Made by a program: the position numbers and the translations under genes
The notes under the pieces: generated by a model
Told to the model about the DNA's origin: nothing
The model's database searches: none
The model's input: only the letters and a program-made list of their open reading frames with translations
Source of the DNA: Piromyces finnis finn
Lineage: Eukaryota; Fungi; Neocallimastigomycota
Reading direction: 5' to 3'
DNA: 64,000 nt
NCBI GenBank assembly: GCA_002104945.1
Contig: MCFH01000071.1
Span: forward strand, 124,001 to 188,000
In this document: positions 1 through 17,825 of the stretch, piece by piece
How the letters are laid out: each line of letters starts with the position of its first letter
Numbering within the stretch: the stretch's first letter is position 1

Positions 1-95
1 GAAAAATGTGATATATCTTTATTATTTTCATCTAATATTAGTTGATTGTTACTCATAATATTATTTGAATTATTAATTATTAATTATTCTGGTAA

Positions 96-132
<37 letters not shown>

Positions 133-743
133 TAAAGAAAAAAAGTTAAATATGGATAATCTTAAATCATTTAACTTTTTAATAACAAATATTTGTTTTA
201 TTTTGCATATTTACATATATAATATTTATATTTTTTCCAAATTTTAAATATTTAGTAAAGTGTTATTTTTTTTTTTAATTAACTTCAATAAAGAATTTTA
301 AAATTTATTATATACAACTATCTAAAATGATAATAAATTTTGGGTTTTTTAGGTTTTATCAACATTATTTATTATAATAATCATTAAAGTTATATAATCA
401 AAAAATAAAAAATAAATAAATAAATATAATAATTAAATAACGATAATGAACAGTCCTTACTGCTGCTCTTACTATAACATTAATATATAATTAAATTATG
501 ATGTTGTTCATTCATGTTTTGTATGTATTACAAATGGTGGTGGTAAAGAATATTTATTATTAATTTATCTATTTATAAAATATTTATTCATTTATATAAT
601 CTTAATTATTACTATAATTTATTTATTATATACACTTATTTTTTAGGTAATACAAAAAATTTAATTTGGTGGTTAATATTTATATTTATATAAAAAACAA
701 ATGAAATTATAAATATGGTATGATTATATAAATTTAATATAAG

Positions 744-2590
<1,847 letters not shown>

Positions 2591-3799
2591 TTTTTTTAAA
2601 AAATATACATATATTGCATTATTACACTTAGCAACAGCAAAATTATAAATATTTAAATAAAAGATCTATTAAAAAATATTTTCTTTTTTGTTTTTATATA
2701 TTTTATATATTTATATATGAAAAACATGTAAATAGTATATATTATAGTAATTATGTATAGAAATATTATGTTAACCTTTCTTGTAATAAAATTTTATTTA
2801 CTTATTTATTTATATATTTATATATTTTAAGTTTTCTAAAAAACATATCAAAATAAATTAATTAAAATAATTCAAAGTTATATGATAAATTCCTTTAATA
2901 TAATTAAAAGCATTAAATTAAAAATAAATTCACATATTTAAAATGATTGTCTGTCTGTAAATTAATAAAAAAAAAAAATAACAAGATACTTTTCATTAAC
3001 AATTATTAACAATGGATTTGTTATTATTTTTCATAACATATTTTTTAAAGAAGAGAGATTATTATATTTAATGATGAAATTAGCAATTAAATTTATGTAA
3101 TGATAATTACATTTTCCAAAAGATGATTCTTTAAAAGTACGATATTTTTTTCAATATATTAATATTGTTAGTTTCATAAGTTTTTAAAAAAGTTAATTCA
3201 CAATTTCAATTTTTAAAACTAAATGTTAAACAAATTAATATTTTTTTAATGAAGTTATACTTTTTTATTTTTAAAGCAATATTTTCTAATATACTAATGC
3301 CATTACTTATAATTAAGTCTGGTATTGCGTCTTCTATTTCTTCTATATTTCTACACATTATTCATCGTAAAGTAGATATTAATACATATAAATAAAAATA
3401 ATAAACTAATAGAAAATAATAAATAATAAATAATAAATAGTAATAATATTTTTTAATTAAGATAACATTGAAGAAAAAACAAATGAAATTCTATTTTGTC
3501 TTAATTTTCAATAAGAAATCATCCAGTTCGACTTATTGTTGTTGTTATTTGTTGTATGTTACCTTCTATATTGTAAATTTCTAATATTAATGTAAAAACT
3601 AGTCCTGAAAAAATATATTGTTTTTTTATGTAAAAATCACATTTTATTTTTTTTATAATAAAATATATATAAAGTTATTATTTTTAGTTATCATATTATT
3701 AATAGAATGAATCCTATATGTTAATATATAATAAATATTGTTTTATTATTACAAATATACCAATTATTAAACTTTATTCTTCATATAATGATATTATTA

Positions 3800-4242
<443 letters not shown>

Positions 4243-6054
4243 TGAAAATGAACTTAATGTGAAAAAATATACATTGATAAATTAAAGAATGTGGATATGT
4301 AGATACATAATATCAAAAAAACAGCGAGTAAAGGCCTCATTTATCATCATAATCTACGAAAATGTTATACACACTACATTCTCATATAACTGAGAAAAAG
4401 AATTTTTGACATATTATATATTTGCTCTAATTATAAACAATGGCATTGTTTATAATGGCAATATTTAAATGAAAAACTCATTAAAGGAAAAAAATTTTAC
4501 CCTACTGTATATAATATAAAAAAAAAAAGGAATTTTTTTATACTAATGTAAAAGTACACTATTTTACATAAGCACATTCATATATTCATCTATATACCTT
4601 GATAATGAAACTTTTATTTTGATAAAAATCCTAATTAGTTAAAAATAAAAGCAATATTATTACAAAGGAAATCATATTGAATTAATAATTATCTAATACT
4701 GAAACAAAAGTATTTATCATCAATTTCAACTCAAAAAAAGTTTCATTATAGAATATATAGAATATTCTATGGATTTTTTTTTTTTTAATTTTTTTAATTT
4801 TAGAAACTTCTTATTTTATTATTTAATTAAATTAAAATTTTTCAGACTTTCATTTTTTTTTATTTTGATCAATGGATTATTGAAGTCAACTTATTCAGGT
4901 TTATTAATGTTAATATTTCAGTATATGTCTATTTTCCACAAAAATACATATAAGAACTAATATTACCTTTTAATATTAAGGATAAAAAGAAAAAATGACA
5001 TATATTTTATATATAATTATAACTCTTAATATTAGTTAATCAAATATAAATTAAAATACTGTTAAGTTTAAATATAAATTTTAATTTCAATATTTTTAAA
5101 AAATTATTCAACGTATTCATATCAAAAAAAAAAAAAAAAAAAAAAAAAGTATTAAAGATATCTTTAAATATTTATAATGATTAAATATTATGATATCTTT
5201 AACATCTAGAATGTATTTAATATAGTTATTTTTATTTTATCTCAAAAAAAAAAAAAAAAAAAAAAAAATAATTAATACAATATTATAAGATTGAATAAAA
5301 TATAATTATTTAATAATTCGAAAACTTTTTTTAATAAAACTTTTTTGTTTAGAAAAATACCATTTAAATTTGGTATAAAAAACCAATAATTGTATTAATT
5401 ATTATTAATAATTAAACAAAATAGTTTTTGTAAATTTTCTAAAATGACTGGATAAAAAAAAATTATATAAAAGAACCTTGAATATAATATATAATACACA
5501 ACATAATACACATTACACGATACTTTTAATTATATATTTTGATAGAAAAGTATATAATTAATTATTAATTATAGTTACATTATAAATATATATTGATATA
5601 AAAACAAAATTACTCTCACTTATTAAAAATTATTATTATTAGACATTTAAAAAAAATTTTTTTTATGTAATTAATAATTTTAATTAATGATTTTAATTAA
5701 AATTTGATAATTTAGAATAGATACGAAGAATGATACTTATGATTTACTTTTTGATACTTATGATTTACTTTTTTTGAGTTTGTTTGTTTATTTATTTATT
5801 TATTTATTTATTTCTTATTTTAGATATATATATGAAAAAAGATGATAATGTTAAAATATTTAACAATGATAATTCTCTAGTGAAGAAAAAATTCGAAGCT
5901 AAATATGATGGTTAAGTTTTAAAAAAAATTCTAATGTATTAATTGATTAATGATTATAAAAACTTTTTAAATATTAATATAAATTGCATATTAATGATAT
6001 TTAATAGTTATAAGGATTAACTATACCAATACCTCTATCAATTAAAGATATTTC

Positions 6055-6125
<71 letters not shown>
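6055..6125. repeat. (ATT)n microsatellite
   Basis: Direct reading. Confidence 0.9.
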
Positions 6126-6127
<2 letters not shown>

Positions 6128-6236
6128 GAATTATAGATAAAAAATGTTATAATTTATATTAAACTAATATGATACAATTATTCTTTATTATATAGTAATA
6201 GATTTTATTTAGAAAAAATTTCAATATTTTTGTTTT

Positions 6237-7196
6237 TTACTTAAATTCTTTTATTATGGCTTCAATAATTTGTTTATGTTGTTCTTCTAAGGATATAGTG
6301 GCCTCTCCATCTCCTTTTTGTTTTCCATAATCACCAAATTGACCATGATTACCACCTTGAATGATTATTTCATTAAAGTTATTACTTGGCAAATTCTTTT
6401 TATAATCATTATATTTTTCCCATTGTAATACTTTATCATTCGAAGCAACTATTGACAATACATGAACACTTTCTGGGATAGGTTTAGTACTATAGGCAGC
6501 AAGTAAAGCAAAACCATTAACTTTTTCACTATAACTATTAACAAAATAACCTGCCATAGCCCCTCCAAGAGAATGACCAGCTATATACCAATTCTTATAT
6601 CCTTTATCACTATTATTTTCTATAACTTTATTTGCTTTATTAATTGAAAAGAGAGCCATACGAAATGGCATTTTTACTAAGAAACAATCAATACCTTGTT
6701 TAGCAATACCATGTAAAATTTCAGCATAGGCTGTTTCTTCTACTTTACCACCTGGATAGAAAATAAGTGCATTTTCAGTACCTGGACCATCAAAGAAATA
6801 ACCTGTGTCAATTTTTTTTACTGTTACTTCATCTTTATCATTCATAAATGATAATGCATTTTCTGTTGCATGACTATATATTCTTAAATAAATTAAGAAA
6901 CCAATAAGAATTACTAAAATTAATATAATGATACCAGTCACTATACCTAGTACTGTTTTTAGAATAATGTTTTTCTTTTTTTTCTTATTGTTATTATCAC
7001 TAGGTATTAAAATATTATTATTGTTATCATTATTATCTTCTGGTAAAGTGTCAATAACTTTCAATTCAATATATTCTTTTTCAGCTTCACATTTTGATTC
7101 AGTATTATTGCTGGATTTATCCTTCAATTCAATGTTTTGATTTTTGGAATTAAAAATATAATCATTATTTTCATTAATCTTTGTTGGAGATGACAT
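6237..7196 (-). CDS. Alpha/beta hydrolase (Abhydrolase_5-like esterase) with an N-terminal transmembrane anchor; intronless, 319 aa
   Basis: Oxyanion-region LIFYPGGKVE, nucleophile elbow WYIAGHSLGG, acid ASNDKV and His motif IQGGNHGQFGDYGKQKGDGEATIS are all present. A hydrophobic segment ILKTVLGIVTGIIILILVILIGFLIYL follows a KKKKK stretch. Confidence 0.9.
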   Translation of the reverse strand: MSSPTKINENNDYIFNSKNQNIELKDKSSNNTESKCEAEKEYIELKVIDTLPEDNNDNNNNILIPSDNNNKKKKKNIILKTVLGIVTGIIILILVILIGFLIYLRIYSHATENALSFMNDKDEVTVKKIDTGYFFDGPGTENALIFYPGGKVEETAYAEILHGIAKQGIDCFLVKMPFRMALFSINKANKVIENNSDKGYKNWYIAGHSLGGAMAGYFVNSYSEKVNGFALLAAYSTKPIPESVHVLSIVASNDKVLQWEKYNDYKKNLPSNNFNEIIIQGGNHGQFGDYGKQKGDGEATISLEEQHKQIIEAIIKEFK

Positions 7197-8896
7197 TGTG
7201 ATTCTATTTTAATATCCAGAAATATAATGAAATGTTGTATTAGTGTATTTTTTTTTTTAAATAATAATAGATTTGTATTTATTTCTTTTTTTATTGAAAT
7301 GATTAATTGATTTTTTTTTTTCGATCCAAGCTATTAATTTTTTTTTTTTTTTTTTTAATTTTAATTTTAAATTGTTTGAAATTTTTATTATTATTTTATC
7401 TATTTTTTCTTAATAAAAGTTTATTATTTATATATTTTTTCCTTCTAAAGAAAAATAAAAGAAAGAAGACGTTTTATGATAATTAATTATTATAATTACT
7501 ATAATTAACTATTTAATTAATCATTTAAAATTGACAAAAGCAATGCTTTTTACAAAACTAACATTGCTCTTTTTTATTTTTCTTTTTATTTTGTTATTTC
7601 AATATAATCACATAATATATTATAATATATTATAATATATATCAAAAACAAAAATAGTGTATAAATTATATTAATTAATCGAAAATTTCTTTTAAAATTA
7701 TAGAATTTACAAATTGTGGCTTTAATACAATGAAATACTAAGATTATATAAATTTAATATATTTCAACGAATAATATTGTAGTAAATTATATAATAACAA
7801 TATATAATATAATATATTATATTATTTAGTGTAAAAATAACCTTGTGAAATTCTTTTATTTTATATAAGCCATAAATAAATCTTTTTAAATTAGAATTTT
7901 ATATTAATTAAAGTTTATATTGTTAAATTAAGAATAAACTTTAATAATTAATAAATTTTTAATTCTAAATACGCCACAGATAATAATATTGAAAAAAAAT
8001 GCTTAGGGAATTTTAAAAAAAAATGTCAAATGTCAAAATTATTTTTAGCATTTTCTAAAACAATTTCTTTATATCCCTTTTTAGAATTAATAACAAAATT
8101 GATATTTTCTTTCTCTCTCTTTTTCTTTTATAATTATAAAAGCTAATCTCATTATTTTCAATAATAATATTTAATAATAATATTTAATAATAATAAATTT
8201 CAATACATTAAGAATTATAATTTTAAATTATTTAAAATCACTATAGAATCATCTACTTAGCCTTCAGATAGAAAAAGAAAAAAAAAATTAAACATAATAA
8301 AATTCAAATTTTAATGAACTTTTATAAGGAAATGAATATTTTACTATAATATTTTTTATTTTATTTCATCTTTTATATACACTATTGTTTATAAAAAAAA
8401 AAAAAGTAATACTTAGCTAACTACTAAAAATAATTAGATAATAGTATAATTAAATAAAATTAATATAATTTGCGTTTCTAAACTTATCAAAAAGTAGCCT
8501 CAAAGAGTTACTAATAATGGAGACTATTTTAGTAAGAAAGTATATATGGGACTCAATAAACTATAAAATTGCACATCAAAAGAAGATGAGGAGCAAGATC
8601 TTTAATAATACAGTTTAATTTTCTTCCTTTAATAAAACATTTTACTTGTTAAACAGTATAGATACCTGCAAAAAAGGAAAAATTCTTGGATCTATTATAA
8701 GAATATACAATAGGTTAATAAAATAAATTATAGACAGAATAATAAATTAAATATGAGATACTAAATGTATATATATAAATTCAATATTGTGTATTACTGA
8801 ACTTTATTTTTTTAATAAGTTTTTTGTAATGAAAAAAATTTGTAGTATATATTTATATATTTATAGGTTTTTTTAATTTATTCATTTACTTATATT

Positions 8897-11340
<2,444 letters not shown>

Positions 11341-12779
11341 GCCTTTCGGTCATTATATAGTTCTCTTTTATTAAATTGTGTTTCAAAATAATTTTTATAT
11401 ATTTAATTTTTATTATATAATGTATTTTAATAAAAAAAAATCAAATTATATATTTTATCAATACTAAAAAAAATTAATGTTTCATTATAAAATAGTTATG
11501 ATATGAATTGTAACGTAAAATCAAATAACCATTAGAAGATCATATATATTAAAATATCTTTCTCATAGAAATGTGTTATTTAGAGTTTTTGATATCAATG
11601 CTTATGACACTGGGCAAATAGAAAAAAGCTCATGTGTGATCCAAAGTTGAATGTCTGATATTTAATACTTCACATTATAAAGTATTATAAATTTCTGCAA
11701 AGGCTATTCAAGCTTTCAGACACCCTTGACACGGGAGATAAGTAGTAAATTCTTTTTATAATTCTATTTTTCTCATTATAATATTTTATTGTTTGAAATT
11801 ATTATTAATAATAAATATACAGCTTTCATATTATATGCAGAGCAAATAAGACTGAATCATTAATTTTTCCACTATAATTATTAATAAAATAACACACCCA
11901 AGAAAATGGTCAACAATATACATATAATAAGTATTATCTTATTGCTTACCTCCTAGGAATGGAAGATAAATCATTTTATAATTTTATTTTTTGCGTTCCT
12001 TCTTGATGGAACTTTAGCGACAAATCGAAGAGACAGAATAAAGGTCGTTGGAATGAACAACTTTACAGTTTATCAAGGTTTCGTGCTCCATAGGTTGAAG
12101 ATCCCATGGCATTTTCTTATTGAAACAATCCCTATTATTAGTAGTCCTATGAATCTACTTTTTGAAAAGTTTAGCAAAACATACTTAGCATCATCTAGAA
12201 CGCCGACATTGTGCCAATAGGACAATGAAACCTACTTTGGTGTTCCGTACACACAGTTAATACATCATGAGATTAATTTTTACTTTTACTAAAATATATA
12301 TATATATATATATTTTCTTAAAATATATCTATCCATCTATCAATATTAATTAAATGGTGAACCTTTTTTTCTACACTTTAAAGTTTTCAAATTGTTCTAT
12401 ATATGAAAACTACATTATATATATTCACTATATTCACATTTTAATAAAGTAAAAAAAAAAAAAAAGAAAAAGAAAAAAAAAAAAATTGATTTTGATTTTA
12501 GTTATAAAAAAAAAAAAAAAAAAAAAACTATAATTCTACAAAAATATTTTATTAAATAAATATGACTTCTCTAATAAATATCTTTTTGTCTATTTTATTG
12601 TTATTCTATAAAATTTTAGTCATTGAAATCTAAAAAAAAAAAAAAAAAAAAAAAAAAACTTTTTTGAATTCTTAAATAGATATGCATGATATGCATAAAA
12701 TAATATATGTTATGTTATATAGATTAAGCTGTATAATTTTCAAGGTATAGAATTGTTACTTTTTTTTTTTTACAATAAA

Positions 12780-13813
12780 TTATTGATCTAAAATTAAATT
12801 TTCAAATGGATTTTCTGTTTCAAGAATAATATCTTCTATATCATTTTTATTTTTCATTATTGGAAATTTTAAACCTTCTTGATGAGCCTTTGATTCATCC
12901 TTGCCTTCAGATTCATGATCAATTTTTATTTTCTTCACTATTCCTTTAACTTTTTTACAGGTAAGGTTATTATCATGCTTGGCACTTAAAGGCATATTAA
13001 TTTTCCAGGCATGAAGCATCATACGTTCATGATCTGTAAAAGGTTCCTCATAATTATAATCACCGATAATTGGATGGCCTATACTTTGTAAATGAACACG
13101 TAATTGATGTGTTCTTCCAGTATGTGGGTATAATTTAACTAAGGTTGCTTCCATGACTAAATCTTTTTCCTTATCTTTTGTCTCATTATTATTATCGAGT
13201 GAGTCACAAAGAATTGGGTGAAATACTCCTCTTTTAACAACTTCCACTATTGTTTTTGCTTCCTTTTAATAATAAAAAGATGATGATGATGATGATGATA
13301 AAAATATATATTTATGAATATATTTTATTATAAATAGTAAATGAAATCACTGATATTTATAGAATAACAATTAAAAATTTTTTATATTTATCTTTTTAAA
13401 AAAAAAAAATACCTTTCCTGGATTTTCTTCGGTTCCTATCATCATTCTTCGTTCATGGTTAGGATCTTTAGCTATGGGTTTTTCAATTTCAAATCTTTTT
13501 TTAAAAGATAATAATAATAATAATAATAATAAATTTAAAGAGATTTTTAAAAAAAAAAAAAATTAATAATTTTTATGATTTATCGATTTTGAAATCTTTG
13601 GATTTCAAATTAGAAATTTATATATATATATATATATATTTTTAATTACTTGTCTTTTTCTATATGTCCTCTAACAACTGCAACATATGTTTTTTTTACA
13701 CGGTGTTGACTAAATGATTTTGTACTGTTATAATCCGTTGATTTAAAATTAATTGAAATAAAAGAATTGGAAATTTTAATAAATTACATTAAAATAATAA
13801 AATAAACATCAAT

Positions 13814-13844
<31 letters not shown>

Positions 13845-14329
13845 TATTTTCTATTTAAAAAAAAAACACCGAATATATTTACGATTTTCTTGCTGCATTT
13901 TTATTTAGAGCCCAACAATGAATTCCTGAAGTGGCATAATCTAATTGATGAATTAACTTTAATTTTCCTTTATATTCAGGATATTTTGATAATATTAATG
14001 ATTCTTCTGTTTGACATTCCTTAATTTCTCCATCAATACGAATATCATATCTAATTAATATTTTAAAATGTATCACTATTTTAGAATGAAATTGGAGTTA
14101 AACAATTTTAAAAAAGAACACAACTAATTATATATAATGATTTGTTGTGTCGATAAATAAGATTTATATAATAATTTAATCTTTTGAAAAAAAAAAAAAA
14201 ATAGTATTACGGTTTATTCACAATTATAAAATTTTCATCATGGTATATTATAGGTATTTTAAAATGTCTATTATATCTTGGGTCAAAACCAGGAATTTCT
14301 ATTAATTCTTTTCCTTTCTTTTCCTCCAT
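12780..14329 (-). CDS. RluA-family pseudouridine synthase, RPUSD1-like; 5 exons
   Basis: The spliced translation contains IIYHDENFIIVNKPYDIRIDG, the catalytic LIHQLDYATSG, KKTYVAVVRG, and LYPHTGRTHQLRVHLQSIGHPIIGDYNY...RMMLHAW. HQLD in place of HRLD is the RPUSD1-type motif. Exon 1 is 14329-14211, exon 2 starts at 14050, and the last exon is 13262-12780. Confidence 0.92.
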
Positions 14330-14712
14330 TTTTATTACTATTTAAAGAATTTTATAGTAAAAAAAAAAAAAAAAAAATTATTTTCCTATAAAAATTTTCA
14401 TTTTTTATAAAAATAAAAAGAAACCCAATAAACATAAAATGGCCTCTTATACACACTTTTTTTTTTTACCTTTATTCTTTGTATCTTAAAAAAACAAAAA
14501 TGTAATAATTATCATTATTATTATTTTACAAATATTAATAGCTTTAAAAATTACTATTTTTTTTTATTAATTATTATTTATTCGTTTTTATATTTTTATA
14601 TTATTTTTTTTTTTTTTTTACTACATAATAACAATATTTACAATATGATAAATTATACCGATAATAAAATATAAATATCATAATTATTAATAAAAATATA
14701 TATGTATATATC

Positions 14713-14763
<51 letters not shown>

Positions 14764-14824
14764 TAAAAATTAAAAATACTAATAATAATAATAAAGCCAA
14801 AAAAAAAAAAAAAAAAAAAAAAAA

Positions 14825-15952
14825 TTACATAATGGTATATTTAGATGATAGGAAACTTCCATCAAAATTATTTAATGGAGGATCTTGCATATTTAATATT
14901 CTGAAAGCTTCATAAACATGGATTGGTAGGATTTGAGTGCTTTCTTTTGACGATCTTCCAAATAAATAGGAATTATAGGATTCTTGATCCATATTTCCTA
15001 AACCAGTAGAATTATTTTGATCAGAATTAAGATCAGCAAAAAGACTACTACTACCAGCCTTTTCATTTCTTTCAAGATTATCCCATCTATTTTTCACAGC
15101 AATAGCTGTTTCTGTTAATTTACTAACAATTTCATAACTTAAAAAACCAAGAATATCAATAACATCTGGATTTGGTTTATTATCGTAGTGTTGTGCCATA
15201 TGACACCATTCTCTAAACTTTCTACTCTTTTTATATACAAAACTAGCTTGTCGACAAGTTGAGTAATTAATATATTCTGTATTTGTCATATATTTTGTGG
15301 CTTCATCTGCCATTTTTAAACGTCTAAGTTGATCTTCATTATTTTCAATATCATCTTCATCCTCTTCTTCATCTTCATCATCATCGTATAAAACAGATTT
15401 ATAAACACTCAAAGTGTCCCATGAAAAATCAATTTTATTTTTTTTAACTCTTACTGCTTTTTCTGGAGCATTTGGTTGTGAAGCTTCTTCAGCAATAATA
15501 TCTTCTGCATAATCATTTGTTCTTCCATCTTTATCCTTGACATTTCTTCTAATATCTTTCCATGATAAATAAGTTCTCAAACGATTAACTTTTTGAGGAT
15601 CACGACGAACCAAAAAAATTAAATCTTCTACTGTTAAATAACGAGAACCTCTTTTATTAAGATGAGCTACAGCGCCTATAAGAATATTTATAATTTGAGT
15701 ACGTACAATATCTTCTATAAGTTGAATGGTTTCCAATAAAGGATCCTGTTCGCCAAAAACAAACATCATTTGTTGAATTTCTGATAAATATTTATAGTTT
15801 GGATTTGCCAATAAAATATTATCCAAATTTAAATTTAACGGATTATTCATGTCCATTGTTGGTAAAATATTTTTTCCATCATTACTCATCATTTGACTTT
15901 TAATATTTATTGAATTTAGGTTTGAAGCACTACTTTCATTATTTTTTGACAT
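14825..15952 (-). CDS. SPT3: SAGA complex subunit Spt3 (histone-fold, TFIID-18kDa family); apparently single exon
   Basis: YLSEIQQMMFVFGE...ETIQLIEDIVRTQI, RLRTYLSWKD and YINYSTCRQASFVYKKSRKFREW...DVIDILGFLSYEIVSKLTETA are Spt3 conserved blocks. The true ATG is at 15952; the track starts at an upstream TTG. Confidence 0.93.
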   Translation of the reverse strand: MSKNNESSASNLNSINIKSQMMSNDGKNILPTMDMNNPLNLNLDNILLANPNYKYLSEIQQMMFVFGEQDPLLETIQLIEDIVRTQIINILIGAVAHLNKRGSRYLTVEDLIFLVRRDPQKVNRLRTYLSWKDIRRNVKDKDGRTNDYAEDIIAEEASQPNAPEKAVRVKKNKIDFSWDTLSVYKSVLYDDDEDEEEDEDDIENNEDQLRRLKMADEATKYMTNTEYINYSTCRQASFVYKKSRKFREWCHMAQHYDNKPNPDVIDILGFLSYEIVSKLTETAIAVKNRWDNLERNEKAGSSSLFADLNSDQNNSTGLGNMDQESYNSYLFGRSSKESTQILPIHVYEAFRILNMQDPPLNNFDGSFLSSKYTIM

Positions 15953-16183
15953 AGGCAAATGTATTATTTTTAGTGTTTAAACAAACAAACAAAAAAAGGA
16001 GAGAAAAAATAGGTATATGTTATATTTATAGTTTTTGTTTTTATTGTACAAAAAATAAAATTTAAATAGTAAATATTTTTTTTATTTTAAAAGGAATAAT
16101 GATAAAATTCAAAAATTTATATAAAATATATATATATATATATATATATAATTTTAAATTATTTTAAGGTGTAGGAATATATG

Positions 16184-16216
<33 letters not shown>

Positions 16217-17175
16217 CGATATGTATGTGTCTATAGGTGTGTTTTTGGGATGAGGTGAATGAGAAAATGTATAATTTTTAATTTTTTTTAAAAAAAATAA
16301 ACTTTTGAAATTTGATAGTAATTTTCAATAGAATTTGAAACTCAATTTCACAAAAAAAAAAAAAAAAAGTGTGTTAAATTGACAATTCTTTTATTATTAT
16401 TATTAAAATATGATTGATATTGTTATTATTTCTATTGCTACTATTTCTTTATTTCTTTTATTATTATGAAGATGAAATGATTACAGATTATTATTATTAT
16501 TTATTATTTTTACAAAGTTGAAATTAAGAGATTTCATAAACCTAATTTCTTTTATTTAATTATTTAATAATTTTTGGCAAAAATTAATTTTTACTACATT
16601 TTAAATAATGTAATTACAAATGTAATTGTAATTGTAATTGTAATTCTGTGAAGTTTAGAAAAGATTTATAAAGAAACCTTAGAGAATAGTTTTAACTAAA
16701 GATGGTTTATTTCATGAATTTATTCCTTTCATTATTATTATAAAGTTTTTTATTATTTTATTATTATTATTTATGATGTGTGAATGTAATACTATAGTTG
16801 TAAAATACCATTATACACATAATATCCTATGTAAAAATGGTTGAAATAATCAATTTCTTCATCATCCCCAATTAAAAATATAAATTATCATATTATTATA
16901 AAAAAATGAATTAATAAATATTTTATTAGTAATGATTTTGTTTGTATCTTATGTAAGAATATTAGAATAAGTATTCCTACATAAGATGAAAACAAAAATA
17001 TTTATATCTTTATATGATATTCATTCAGCATCTAATTAGGTATTCATCTTTAAAACCATTTTTATTTCGTATAATATTTTCTTTCCATTAAGGTAAAAAG
17101 AAAATTCAATTCACATTCAGTTTATCTTTCTGTAATTCATTATAACTTTTACCGTCATTGAAATTATACCTTATT

Positions 17176-17825
17176 TATATTTATTTTATTCATTAATATA
17201 TTTATAGTCATTTATTTGTTTTATTCATTTATTTTATTCATTAATATATTTATAGCTATTTATTCATTTTATATTTATTTTATTCATTAATATATTTATA
17301 GTCATTTATTTGTTTTATTCATTTATTTTATTCATTAATATATTTATAGCTATTTATTCATTTTATATTTATTTTATTCATTAATATATTTATAGTCATT
17401 TATTTGTTTTATTCATTTATTTTATTCATTAATATATTTATAGTCATTTATTTGTTTTATTCATTTATTTTATTCATTAATATATTTATAGCTATTTATT
17501 CATTTTATATTTATTTTATTCATTAATATATTTATAGTCATTTATTCATTTTATATTTATTTTATTCATTAATATATTTATAGTCATTTATTCATTTTAT
17601 ATTTATTTTATTCATTAATATATTTATAGTCATTTATTTGTTTTATTCATTTTATATTTATTTTATTCATTAATATATTTATAGTCATTTATTTGTTTTA
17701 TTCATTTTATATTTATTTTATTCATTAATATATTTATAGTCATTTATTTGTTTTATTCATTTTATATTTATTTTATTCATTAATATATTTATAGTCATTT
17801 ATTTGTTATATTCATTTATTTTTAT
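17176..17825. repeat. Minisatellite, 13 copies of a 46/48/55-bp unit with core cattaatatatttatag
   Basis: The core was counted at ~17191, 17239, 17285, 17333, 17379, 17427, 17475, 17521, 17567, 17613, 17668, 17723 and 17778. Confidence 0.95.

Noticed and set aside
3230-3380. Ankyrin-family fragment on the minus strand (CVENIEEIEDAIPDLIISNGISILENIALKIKKYNF)
   Set aside because: It is only ~45 codons, bounded by stops, with no diagnostic motif.
7888-7970. MITE-like inverted repeat
   Set aside because: The arms are imperfect and almost purely A/T, and no target-site duplication was identified.
17176-17825. CRISPR-like array
   Set aside because: The sequences between the conserved cores are themselves repeated variants rather than unique spacers, the context is eukaryotic, and no cas genes are present. 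It is a minisatellite.
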